Position numbers and translations under genes: made by a program | In this document: positions 53,599-62,773 of the stretch, in pieces | How the letters are laid out: every line of letters begins with the position of its first letter | How positions within the stretch are numbered: the stretch's first letter is position 1 | Source: Paracoccaceae bacterium | GTDB taxonomy: Bacteria > Pseudomonadota > Alphaproteobacteria > Rhodobacterales > Rhodobacteraceae | DNA length: 64,000 bases | Direction: 5' to 3' | Assembly (NCBI GenBank): GCA_046155885.1 | Contig: JBJXFU010000013.1 | Span: forward strand, 1,070 to 65,069 | The notes under the pieces: generated by a model | The model's input: only the letters and a program-made list of their open reading frames with translations | Told to the model about the DNA's origin: nothing | Database searches by the model: none

Positions 53599-53805
53599 CT
53601 ACCGCCGCGCCGGGACTGCCGCACAGGCGAGGCGGGGCGACGCCGTTTCGTCCTGCAGGCAAAACGCCGCAGCAAAGAACGCGGCGGTACCGGCCAGCGA
53701 CCAGAGCATCAGGGCGGCAAGGAGCGGGAGTTCGAGAAGCATCCAGGACGAGACGGCCAGATCGAGGCCGAGAAACCATCCGAGCGCGAGCAGTTTGAAA
53801 CCCAT
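53599..53805 (-). CDS. Possible small two-TM membrane protein (68 aa)
   Basis: MGFKLLALGWFLGLDLAVSSWMLLELPLLAALMLWSLAGTAAFFAAAFCLQ... A perfect TTGACA lies ~60 nt upstream on the minus strand. There is no clear SD and no family is recognised. Confidence 0.3.
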   Translation of the reverse strand: MGFKLLALGWFLGLDLAVSSWMLLELPLLAALMLWSLAGTAAFFAAAFCLQDETASPRLACAAVPARR

Positions 53806-54090
53806 GACACACCGACTACAGAACACGCCACCACCCGACACCCGGATAGTCGCGCCACAATGGTGTCAAAAACGTGGAGGCAAGGCGGCGGGCAGCGGGC
53901 GGGATCGGCGCGCACGGGAACAATCGGCCGCGACGGCGGCGATTGTCCGTGCTCTTGCCTGCTGTCGGCCGCTCCGCGTCCGGCCTGCGGCAGCCCCCAG
54001 GTAAAACGGGGCCAGGGCCCCGCCGAGAGAACACGGAACTCCGGCGAGTGCGGCGGGGCTTGCAGGACACCCCGGCAGGGGGCCGGGCCG

Positions 54091-55134
54091 TCAGGGCGGC
54101 CTGCGGTCGGACAACCGCCGGAAGGTCTCGTCCGCCAGGGTCTGGCGCTGCATCGGGCGGAGGGGCGGGATTTCCGCAGCGATCCCCGTGAACCCGAAGA
54201 CCGCGGCGGCGAGCTTTCCCACGGTTCCGGCGGGGTCCTCGCAGAGGTGCTCGTAGCTGACCGTGCTGAACCTGCCGGGCCCGATGCGCGCGCGCTGATC
54301 CGCTGTCAGCGAGTCGTAGAAGCGCACCTGCCGCCAGACATCGTCGACCGGGTCCGCCGGTTCCGCTGAGCCCGTTCCGGCGATGCCGTAGCCGACAGCC
54401 TCGTCTCCGTGGATGTCGCGCCGCGCCTTCAGGAGCGACTGCGCGAGATAGAGCGGATCGCGTGTCAGGCAGACGAAATGCGCGGTCGGAAGCGCCTCGG
54501 CGACCAGATGGGCATAGGCCAGAAGGTTGTTGTTCTTGCAGACGACGGGGCGCCCGGACCGCGCCTCGAACACCGCGAAGAAACGCCGCATCGCGCGTGC
54601 GGCTTCCGGCGGGATCGCCGAGGGAACGGCGCTGCGGTCGGGGCCGACCCAGGCATCCCAGAATTCGAGCCCGTCGCTCGACCCCGACAGCGCGCGGGTC
54701 CGGCCGTAATAGCTTTCCAGGCGCACCTTCCGGTTCGCGATGGATGCGGTCAGCGGGAAGGCGCCGGCGGCGGCGCTGCGCGGCATCAGGCTGGCCAGGT
54801 TGGTGAGGTAGGCGACGGGCAGCGACCGGACGATGAGCTGGTAGAGAAGCGTGGTTCCGCTTCGCGGCGGGCCGGTGACGAAGAGCAGCGGCCCGGTCGG
54901 CGCGTCGGCCCCGGCGGCGGGAGAGAGGGCCGCAAGCGCGGCGTCCAGCGGCGCCAGCCCGAGGCGCAGCGCGGCCTGCAGGACGGCTGCGAATGCGTCC
55001 CTGTCGCCAGATCGCAGGATGCGCATGGCAAGCCCGAAGGGATCGTTGAAGTGGCTCGGCACGGCGCTGTGCAACGCCGACCGAAGGCGGCCCCGCCCGT
55101 CCTTTCCGCCCTCCGATGACGCCGAGCCTGCCAT
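54091..55134 (-). CDS. Sulfotransferase family protein
   Basis: PAPS 5'-phosphosulfate-binding loop VTGPPRSGTTLLYQL. 347 aa from ATG 55134, or 311 aa from ATG 55026. Confidence 0.75.
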   Translation of the reverse strand: MAGSASSEGGKDGRGRLRSALHSAVPSHFNDPFGLAMRILRSGDRDAFAAVLQAALRLGLAPLDAALAALSPAAGADAPTGPLLFVTGPPRSGTTLLYQLIVRSLPVAYLTNLASLMPRSAAAGAFPLTASIANRKVRLESYYGRTRALSGSSDGLEFWDAWVGPDRSAVPSAIPPEAARAMRRFFAVFEARSGRPVVCKNNNLLAYAHLVAEALPTAHFVCLTRDPLYLAQSLLKARRDIHGDEAVGYGIAGTGSAEPADPVDDVWRQVRFYDSLTADQRARIGPGRFSTVSYEHLCEDPAGTVGKLAAAVFGFTGIAAEIPPLRPMQRQTLADETFRRLSDRRPP

Positions 55135-55655
55135 TTCCGCGCGCCCCTGCCCATTTCGATGCGGGTCCAGTCGATTCCCGGCACAGCATGGATCACCGCA
55201 CAGCACTGCGGCGAGAGCGAATCGCCCGGCTTGCGGAAAAACGTGAACAGTCCTTGCCGCGACGTGCGATTGAACATCCGTTCGGGCATTCAAGGCCGCC
55301 CGGGACAACGCATTTCCCGTTGGCGGTGGGCGGGCGCGGGGGATCGCTTGACTCGAAACGGGCGAGGGTCAAGCTGGGCCCGGGTGTTTGGGAAACCGGG
55401 GCGTCGGAGTTTGTCCGCCGGGTATGGCAGGGGTGACGGCCGCTTTCCTGGCCGGACAGCGCTGGGCGGGGGCTTTTCGCGGCGTCGGATCCCAGGTGAA
55501 CGGTGCGTGTCCGGCGGCGATTCCGCTGCCGGAAATCTTGGGGCGAGCCCTTTGCGGGGCCCGGGGATTGTGTTGGTGTTCGGGTCTGTTTCCGAAATGT
55601 CGAAGCCGCGGACCAGCCGGCGGCGGACGACGCGCCCCTGTGACCGGGCGGCGGG

Positions 55656-56912
55656 ATGATGGACCGCCTGGGGATCGCGACGGGCGGTGCGGGCGAGCTG
55701 ACCAGAGCGCAGGAGCGGGTGGCGCGGGGCGGCCCGGACGGCCGCTGGCTGACGATCATGTGCGTCTTCGGAACCCGGCCCGAGGTGATCAAGTTCCTGC
55801 CGGTGCTGCGCGAGCTGAAGCGGCGGCGCGGCGTGACGCCGGTCACGGTCCTGACTTCGCAGCATACCGACCTGGTGCGGCCGCTGATCGACCTGTGGAA
55901 GATCCGCATCGACCACGATCTTCAGGCGATGGTCGCGGGCCAGCCACTCAATCTTCTGGTGTCGCGGCTTTTGTCGGGGCTCGATGCGGTCATCGCGGCC
56001 GGGAAGCCCGACATGGTGCTGGTGCAGGGCGACACGGCCTCGGCGATGGCCGGGGCGATGGCGGCGTTCCACCGGCGCGTTCCGGTCGGGCATATCGAGG
56101 CGGGCCTGCGGTCCGGCCTGCGCGACAGCCCGTTCCCGGAAGAGATGAACCGCCGGATGGTCACGTCGCTTGCCACGCTGCACTTCGCGCCGACCGAACG
56201 GAACGCGGCGACGCTGATCGCCGAAGGCGTGCCGCCGGAAGCCGTGGTCCGGACCGGGAACCCGGTGGTCGACGCGGTGCGGCTGATCCGCGCCCGCAGC
56301 CGTCCTTCACCGGCCATCCTTGCGCTGCTCGACCGGCTGGCGGGCCAGCGGATACTGCTGCTGACGACGCACCGCCGGGAAAGCTTCGGCGATGTCATGC
56401 GGGACCGCCTGCGGGTGCTGCGCGAGTTCGTGGCCGGCCGGCCGGATGTCGAGCTTCTGTTCCCGGTCCATCCCAACCCGGCGGTCACCGACCTGGCGCG
56501 GGCGGAACTGGGCGGCAAGGCGCGCGTGCATCTTCTGCCGCCGCTCGACTACCCCGACTTCCTGCATTGCCTGGGCGCGAGCTGGCTGGTCGTGTCGGAT
56601 TCCGGCGGGGTGCAGGAAGAGGCGCCGAGCCTCGGCAAGCCGCTTCTGGTGATCCGCGACAATACCGAGCGGCCCGAGGCGGTCGAGGCGGGGGTGGCGC
56701 GGCTGGTGGGCGAATCCGCCGAACGGCTGCGCGAGGAGCTGCTGCGCGCCGAGGCCGAGGGGTCATGGGCGTCGCGGGTGCGGCCGGTCGCCAACCCCTT
56801 CGGGAACGGCGACAGTGCGGCGCGGATCGTCGATGCGATACTGGCGTCGCAGCCCGGCCGGCCGGTTGCTGCGCAGGCCATTGAACCTGCCGTACCGGCG
56901 AGGGCGCAATGA
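55656..56912 (+). CDS. UDP-N-acetylglucosamine 2-epimerase (non-hydrolysing), WecB/WbpI-like
   Basis: VFGTRPEVIKFLPV, VQGDTASAMAGAMAAF, GHIEAGLRS and SDSGGVQEEAPSLGKP motifs are present. The start is uncertain (55656, or 55758 MCVFGTRPE). Confidence 0.88.
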   Translation: MMDRLGIATGGAGELTRAQERVARGGPDGRWLTIMCVFGTRPEVIKFLPVLRELKRRRGVTPVTVLTSQHTDLVRPLIDLWKIRIDHDLQAMVAGQPLNLLVSRLLSGLDAVIAAGKPDMVLVQGDTASAMAGAMAAFHRRVPVGHIEAGLRSGLRDSPFPEEMNRRMVTSLATLHFAPTERNAATLIAEGVPPEAVVRTGNPVVDAVRLIRARSRPSPAILALLDRLAGQRILLLTTHRRESFGDVMRDRLRVLREFVAGRPDVELLFPVHPNPAVTDLARAELGGKARVHLLPPLDYPDFLHCLGASWLVVSDSGGVQEEAPSLGKPLLVIRDNTERPEAVEAGVARLVGESAERLREELLRAEAEGSWASRVRPVANPFGNGDSAARIVDAILASQPGRPVAAQAIEPAVPARAQ

Positions 56913-58540
56913 ACCCGGTCCCGCATGTGCTTACGGTCTGGCTGGAGGAACATTTCCAGCTGCGCCCCCCGGGACGGCGGGTTCCGGAACGCCATTGGGA
57001 CAGGTTCCCGTCGCGGCTGAGCCGGAACGCCGACGCGGCGCTGGCGCTCTTCGACCGGGCCAAGGCGCGGGCGACCTTCTTCGCCGGGGGCTGGGTCGCG
57101 TCGCGCCATCCCGAGGTGCTGCGCCGGATAGCCGAGGCCGGCCAGGAAGTGGCCTGCCTGCCGGACCCGCCGTCGTCGCGGCTGGCGGGCGAGGCGGTCG
57201 AGGGAGCGGCGGCGGCCAGGGCGCAGGTCGAGGCGGCGGCGGGGCGCGCGGTCGCCGGCTGCCGGATTTCCGCGCCCGGCGACTGGGACGGCTGCCGGCT
57301 GGCGCTTCGCGATGCGGGCTTCCTTTACGAATGCAGCCTGTCGCGCGGCTCCTTCGGCGAATCCCCGCCGGCGGTGCCCGGCGGTCTGATGCGGCTGCCG
57401 GTTCCCGCGCGCGGCTTCGCCGGGACGGCATGGGCGGTGTCGGGCGGCGCGGCGCTGCGGATGCTTCCCGAGGGGGTGGCCGTGCGCTGGCTGGCCGACC
57501 GGCTGGGCCGGGAAGGCGGCACGGTCTTCGACTTCCGGCTCTGGGAGCTCGATCCCGACACGCCGCGCCTGTCGGTCCTGTCGCCGGCGCAGGCACTGGC
57601 CTGCTACCGGAACCTCGACCGATTCGGGGACCGGCTGGCGAGCCTGCTCGATGCCGGCCGCTTCGTCCCCGCCCGCGCGCATTTCGGATTGGCCGACGAG
57701 GCCGCCTCTGCCACCGGCGTGGCGGTTCCGCAGGTCGCGCCGCGGCGTCCCGCGCCCGAGCGCCCGGATCTGTCCGCCCGACCGCGCGATCCGCTGACCA
57801 TCGTCATCCCCTGCTTCAACGAAGAGGCGGGGCTCGCCTACCTCGCGAACGCGCTCGACGGGCTGGATCGCGGGCTGGGGCGGAGGTACCGGCTTTCCTA
57901 CGTACTGGTTGACGATGGCAGCACGGACGGAACCTGGGCCGGGATGGACCGGCTTTTCGGGGCGGATCCGCGTTTCCGGCTGATCCGCCATGTCCGCAAC
58001 CGCGGCATCGGGGCCGCCGTGCTGACCGGGATCGCCGCGGCACCGGACGAGGTGGTCGCGGTGATGGACAGCGACTGCAGCTACGACCCGGCGCGGCTGG
58101 AAGACATGGTTCCCTTGCTCGGCGCCGATGTCGCGCTGGTCACCGCCTCGCCCTATCACGCCGATGGCGGGGTGGAGGGGGTGCCGGAATGGCGGCTGGT
58201 GCTGTCGCGGGGCGCCTCGCGGCTTTACCGGGTGGTGCTGCGCAACAAGCTCGCCACCTACACGAGCTGCTTCCGCGTCTGCCGGAAAAGCGCGCTGGCG
58301 GGCCTGAAGCTGAGGCACGAGGGCTATATCGGGGTGGTCGAGATGCTGGCCCGGCTCGACCTGGCCGGCTGGCGGATCGTCGAGCATCCGGTGCTGCTGG
58401 AAACCCGGTTCTTCGGCAGATCGAAGCTGAAGATACTGCGGGCGATCGCGGGGCACCTGCGGTTTCTGGGAGAGATTTCGCTGGCGCAGATCAACGGGCG
58501 CCGGCGGTTGGTGCGAGTGAGTCGATTGAAAAGTGAGTGA
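56909..58540 (+). CDS. Fusion protein: DUF3473/NodB-like deacetylase domain with substituted catalytic residues + family 2 glycosyltransferase
   Basis: 543 aa. The N-terminal domain LTVWLEEHFQL...ATFFAGGWVASRHPEVLRRIAEAGQEVACLPD aligns by eye with the TVDVEDYFQV...ATFF..GW.A...P.L.R.I...GHE.ASHG pattern. The C-terminal domain is GT2 (IVIPCFNEE, VDDGSTDGT, VMDSDCSYDP). Confidence 0.8.
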   Translation: MNPVPHVLTVWLEEHFQLRPPGRRVPERHWDRFPSRLSRNADAALALFDRAKARATFFAGGWVASRHPEVLRRIAEAGQEVACLPDPPSSRLAGEAVEGAAAARAQVEAAAGRAVAGCRISAPGDWDGCRLALRDAGFLYECSLSRGSFGESPPAVPGGLMRLPVPARGFAGTAWAVSGGAALRMLPEGVAVRWLADRLGREGGTVFDFRLWELDPDTPRLSVLSPAQALACYRNLDRFGDRLASLLDAGRFVPARAHFGLADEAASATGVAVPQVAPRRPAPERPDLSARPRDPLTIVIPCFNEEAGLAYLANALDGLDRGLGRRYRLSYVLVDDGSTDGTWAGMDRLFGADPRFRLIRHVRNRGIGAAVLTGIAAAPDEVVAVMDSDCSYDPARLEDMVPLLGADVALVTASPYHADGGVEGVPEWRLVLSRGASRLYRVVLRNKLATYTSCFRVCRKSALAGLKLRHEGYIGVVEMLARLDLAGWRIVEHPVLLETRFFGRSKLKILRAIAGHLRFLGEISLAQINGRRRLVRVSRLKSE

Positions 58541-58543
58541 GAA

Positions 58544-59782
58544 ATGACAACGAAATTGAATGCCGCAGGAACCGGACCGGCGATCCCGTCGGATCAGGAC
58601 GCGAGCGGACGGCAGCTTGGTGAGGAAGAGATCGAGCTGGTCGCGAAGGCCATCCGCAGCGGTACGCTGACCAGCACGAAGGGCACCTTCGTGAAGACCT
58701 TCCAGCAGGACTTCGCCAAACGGCTCGGTGCCGAGTGGGGCTATGCCTGCGCTTCGGGCACGCATGCGATCCATGCCGCCGTCGCCGCCGTCGATCCCGC
58801 GCCGGGCGACGAGATCGTCACCTCGCCGGTCACCGACATGGGGGCGATCACGCCCATCATCTACCAGACCGCGATCCCGGTCTTTGCCGACGTGGACCCG
58901 GTGACAGGCAACATCACCGCCGAGAGCATCGCGCGGGTACTCGGCCCCAGGACGAAGGCGATCATCGTCACGCATCTTTTCGGCAATCCGGCCGAGATGG
59001 GGCCGATCCTCGAGCTGGCGGCCGCGCGCGGCATCCCGGTGATCGAGGATTGCGCGCAGGCCTACGGGGCAAGCTACAACGGCAGGCCGGTGGGCACGCT
59101 GGGCGCGATCGGCTGCTTCAGCCTGCAGCAGGGCAAGCACATCACCACGGGCGAGGGCGGGGTGGTGGTGTCGGACGACCCGCATCTGGCGCGGCGGCTG
59201 CGGCTGTTCATCGACAAGGCCTGGGGCTACGGCGACCCCAAGCCCGACCACTACTTCGCGGCGCTGAACGGGCGGATGTCGGAATTGCAGGGCGCGGTCG
59301 CGGTGGCGCAGCTCGGCAAGCTCGACCATTCCATCGCGCAGCGGCGGAAGATGGGCAAGCGGATGACGCGCGCGATCGAGGGCATCGCGGGGATCACGGT
59401 CCCGTCCGCGCCGCCGGACGGCCTGCACGGCTTCTGGAAATACGCGCTGTGCGTCGGTGCGGACTTCGGCGGACCCGATGCGCTAGCGGCCGCGCTGCGG
59501 GCCGGAGACATCGCCTCGGCCCCCCGCTACATCCAGAAACCCGCCTTCGACTGCGCGGTGATCCGCGATCAGGAAACCTTCGGCGGCAGCCGGTTTCCCT
59601 TCACCCTCGCGCGGCCCGAGGTCGTGGACTATTCGCCCGCGAAGTATCCGGGCGTCCATGACTTCCTTGCCCATGTTCTGGTGCTGCCCTGGAACGAGCG
59701 CATGACCGAGGTGCATGTCGACCACATCGCCGGCCGGCTGAAGGCCTTTGCGAAAGCGCGGGCGCAGGGGGTGGCGGCATGA
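58544..59782 (+). CDS. DegT/DnrJ/EryC1/StrS-family sugar aminotransferase (WlbC/WbpE-like)
   Basis: 412 aa with VIEDCAQAYGA and FSLQQGKHITTGEGGVV. Confidence 0.9.
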   Translation: MTTKLNAAGTGPAIPSDQDASGRQLGEEEIELVAKAIRSGTLTSTKGTFVKTFQQDFAKRLGAEWGYACASGTHAIHAAVAAVDPAPGDEIVTSPVTDMGAITPIIYQTAIPVFADVDPVTGNITAESIARVLGPRTKAIIVTHLFGNPAEMGPILELAAARGIPVIEDCAQAYGASYNGRPVGTLGAIGCFSLQQGKHITTGEGGVVVSDDPHLARRLRLFIDKAWGYGDPKPDHYFAALNGRMSELQGAVAVAQLGKLDHSIAQRRKMGKRMTRAIEGIAGITVPSAPPDGLHGFWKYALCVGADFGGPDALAAALRAGDIASAPRYIQKPAFDCAVIRDQETFGGSRFPFTLARPEVVDYSPAKYPGVHDFLAHVLVLPWNERMTEVHVDHIAGRLKAFAKARAQGVAA

Positions 59783-60798
59783 GCGGGCCCCTGAGACTCG
59801 GGCTTGTGGGGGCGGGCGCCATCGCGCGCGCCTATGCGCAGGCCATCGCGGAAACCGACGCGGCGCGTCTGGTCGCGGTCGCCGACATGAACGGGATCGC
59901 GGCCGCCGCGATGGCCGGGGCGAACGGCGCGGAGGCCTTCGCCTCGCACGAGGCGCTCGCCGCGTCGGGACTCTGCGACGCCGTCCTGGTCACCACGCCG
60001 CCCGTCACCCATGCGGGGATCGTCGTCGATCTGGTGGAACGCGGACTGCCGGTGCTGTGCGAGAAGCCCTTCAGCGTCGATCTCGCCTCGGCCCGGCGGA
60101 TGGCCCGCGCGGCCGAGGCGAACGGCGTCCTTCTCTCGATGGCGTCGAAGTTCCGCTTTTCGGACGACGTGATCGCGGCGCGCGCAATGCTGGCGGCCGG
60201 CGAAATCGGCACACCGATGCTGATCGAAAACGTCTTCACCGGCGTGGCGGACATGACGAAACGCTGGAACTCCGATCCGCTGGTCGCGGGCGGCGGGGTG
60301 CTGATCGACAACGGCACCCACAGCGTCGATATCGTGCGCTACCTCCTCGGCCCCATCACCGAGGTGCTGGCCGTGGCGGGCCCCCGGATGCAGGCCATCG
60401 CGGTCGAGGACAGCGTGACGCTCTTCGCGCACACGGCCGGCGGCGCGCAGGCGCAGATCGAAACCTCGTGGAGCTACCACAAGGACCGCGCGTCCTTCAT
60501 CGGCATCCACGGAACGGCCGGAACCATCGAGGTCGGCTGGAAGGGCTCGCGTATCCGTCGCGGCGGCACCCTCTGGGAACCCTTCGGCACCGGCTACGAC
60601 AAGGTCGCGTCCTTCCGCCGCCAGATCGAACACTTCGCCGCCACCCTGCGCGGCGAGGACAAGGCGCTGCCGAACCTCGACGACGCGCTTGCGTCAGTCG
60701 CCGTGATCCAAGCCGCCTACAGGTCGATGACCAATGGCGGCTGGGCGGGGGTCGATCCCCTGGAAGCGCGGCCGCCGCAGCTCGAGGCGGTGGGATGA
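59779..60798 (+). CDS. Gfo/Idh/MocA-family oxidoreductase (WlbA/WbpB-like sugar 3-dehydrogenase)
   Basis: 339 aa with LGLVGAGAIARAY Rossmann motif and VLCEKPF. 4-nt overlap with the upstream gene. Confidence 0.88.
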   Translation: MSGPLRLGLVGAGAIARAYAQAIAETDAARLVAVADMNGIAAAAMAGANGAEAFASHEALAASGLCDAVLVTTPPVTHAGIVVDLVERGLPVLCEKPFSVDLASARRMARAAEANGVLLSMASKFRFSDDVIAARAMLAAGEIGTPMLIENVFTGVADMTKRWNSDPLVAGGGVLIDNGTHSVDIVRYLLGPITEVLAVAGPRMQAIAVEDSVTLFAHTAGGAQAQIETSWSYHKDRASFIGIHGTAGTIEVGWKGSRIRRGGTLWEPFGTGYDKVASFRRQIEHFAATLRGEDKALPNLDDALASVAVIQAAYRSMTNGGWAGVDPLEARPPQLEAVG

Positions 60799-61433
60799 GT
60801 GCCAGGGCAACCGTCCGCATCCACCCGACCGCGCTGGTGGAAAAGGGCGCCGAGATCGGCGAGGGCACCTCGGTCTGGGACAATGTCCATATCCGGGGTC
60901 CTTCGCGGATCGGGCGCGACTGCATAATAGGCGAGAAGACATATATCGCCTACGGCGTCTCGATCGCCGAAAGGGTGAAGATCAACGCCTTCGTCTATAT
61001 CCCGACGGGGGTAACTATCGAGGCCGGCGTCATGATTTCCGCCGGGACGATCTTCACCAACGACCGCTTCCCGCGCGCGGCGACGAACGACCTGTCGGCG
61101 CTGAGGGAAAGCGGACCGGACGCGCATACCGAGGAAACGGTGGTGCGCGCGGGCGCCACCATCGGCGCGGGCGCCCGGATCGGGCCGGGGATCGAGATCG
61201 GGGCCTTCGCGATGGTGGGCATGGGCGCGGTGGTGACGCGGCCGGTTCCGCCGCACACGCTGGTCACCGGCAACCCGGCGCGGGCCGCCGGGCTGGTCTG
61301 CCGCTGCGGCGAGCCGGTGTTCCGGGGGGCGCCTGCGGACGCGCCGGAGGGCGATGTCACATGTCCCGCCTGCGCGGCGGCTTACGAAATCCAGAAAGGG
61401 CGGCTTCTCGACGCCCGGGGGGGTCCGGCGTGA
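60795..61433 (+). CDS. Left-handed beta-helix (hexapeptide) acyl/acetyltransferase (WlbB/WbpD-like) with C-terminal CxxC...CxxC tail
   Basis: 212 aa with repeated [LIV]G-x4 hexapeptides (IGEGTSVWDNVHIRGPSRIGRDCIIGEKTYI...). The tail reads CRCGEPV...CPACAAAY. ATGA overlap with the upstream gene. Confidence 0.85.
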   Translation: MSARATVRIHPTALVEKGAEIGEGTSVWDNVHIRGPSRIGRDCIIGEKTYIAYGVSIAERVKINAFVYIPTGVTIEAGVMISAGTIFTNDRFPRAATNDLSALRESGPDAHTEETVVRAGATIGAGARIGPGIEIGAFAMVGMGAVVTRPVPPHTLVTGNPARAAGLVCRCGEPVFRGAPADAPEGDVTCPACAAAYEIQKGRLLDARGGPA

Positions 61434-62773
61434 CCGTGACCGGGCCCGAGACATGGTGCGTGGCCGGAGGGGGCATGCTGGGGCAGGCGCTGGCGCTGCG
61501 CCTGCAGGCGGAAGGCAAGCGGGTGACGCTGATCGAGGCCGCGCCCGACCTCGGCGGGCTTGCCTCGGCCTGGGAGGTGGGCGGGGTCAGGTGGGACAGG
61601 TTCTACCACGTCATCCTGCCCTTCGACCGCAACACCCTTTCGCTTCTGGATGACATCGGTCTCGGCACCGATGTGGTCTGGGCGAAGTCCCGGACTGGCT
61701 TCTATGCCCGGGGCCGCATGTCGCCCCTGAACGGCGCGCTCGACTACCTGCGGCTGCCGGTGCTCGGGCCGGTCGCCAAGGCGCGGCTCGCCTGGACGCT
61801 GATGCGGGCGGCGCGGATCGCCGATGGCGGGCCGCTCAGCCGCCGCCCGGTGGGCGAATGGCTGACCGAACGGTCGGGGCGCGCCGCCTATGAGCGGCTC
61901 TGGAAGCCGCTTCTGCGCGCCAAGCTCGGCGACAACGCCGAACGCGCCTCGGCCGCCTTCATCTGGGCGACGATCCGCAGGCTCTACCTGGCCCGCGGTT
62001 CGGGCGCGAAGACCGAGACGCTGGGCTTTGTCGAAGGCGGCTACGCGCGGGTGCTGGAGGCGCTGGCCGGGCGGCTGCGGCTGAAGGGGGTCGAGATCGT
62101 CTGCGACTGCCCGATCCGGCGCGTCGTGCCGGTCGGCGGCGGCTTCCGGGTCGAGACGGCGAAGGGGCCGATGGCCTTCGACCGGGTGGTTTCCACCCTG
62201 CCTTCGGGGCCGACTGCGGCGCTTTGCGAAACCCTGTCGGCGGATATCCGGTCGCGCCTGGCGGGCGTGCTTTACCAGGGGATCATCTGCGCCTCGGTGG
62301 TTCTGAACCGGCCGCTCGGCGGCAACTACCTGACCTATCTGACCGACCCCGACCTGCCCTTCACCGCCGTTGTCGAGATGTCAGCGCTGACAGAAACCGC
62401 GCGCACCGGCGGCCATACCCTGGCCTACCTGCCCCGCTACGTCACCCAGGACGACGCCTTCTGGGCGCTTTCGGACGACGAGATCCGGGCGCGGTTTGTC
62501 GCCGGCCTTCGGCGCATCTTCCCGGACCTGGCGGAAGCGGACATCCGGGCGGTGCGCATCGCCCGGGTGCGGCACGTGATGGCGGTGCCGACGGTCGGCT
62601 ACGCCGAGGTGGTGCCGCCGGTGCGCACCAACGTCGCGGGTTTCCACATCGTCAATTCGTCGCAGATCACCGACGGTACGCTGAACGTGGACGCGACGCT
62701 CGGTGTCATCGACCGGGCGCTGCCCGAGCTGCTGGGCACCCCCCCGGCCGCCATTGTGAGGTCCGCCGCATGA
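61430..62773 (+). CDS. NAD(P)/FAD-dependent oxidoreductase (amine oxidase/phytoene desaturase-like fold)
   Basis: 447 aa with a GTG start overlapping the upstream TGA. Dinucleotide motif CVAGGGMLGQALALRL...IEAAPDLGGL. Confidence 0.8.
   Translation: MTVTGPETWCVAGGGMLGQALALRLQAEGKRVTLIEAAPDLGGLASAWEVGGVRWDRFYHVILPFDRNTLSLLDDIGLGTDVVWAKSRTGFYARGRMSPLNGALDYLRLPVLGPVAKARLAWTLMRAARIADGGPLSRRPVGEWLTERSGRAAYERLWKPLLRAKLGDNAERASAAFIWATIRRLYLARGSGAKTETLGFVEGGYARVLEALAGRLRLKGVEIVCDCPIRRVVPVGGGFRVETAKGPMAFDRVVSTLPSGPTAALCETLSADIRSRLAGVLYQGIICASVVLNRPLGGNYLTYLTDPDLPFTAVVEMSALTETARTGGHTLAYLPRYVTQDDAFWALSDDEIRARFVAGLRRIFPDLAEADIRAVRIARVRHVMAVPTVGYAEVVPPVRTNVAGFHIVNSSQITDGTLNVDATLGVIDRALPELLGTPPAAIVRSAA

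Noticed and set aside
52781-54004. ORFs 52781..53812 (-), 52863..53342 (+) and 53396..54004 (+) as genes filling the terC-sulfotransferase gap.
   Set aside because: All are Arg/Pro/Ala-rich with no motifs, and they overlap one another in different frames. Composition in part of the region (52990-53080) is non-coding-like.
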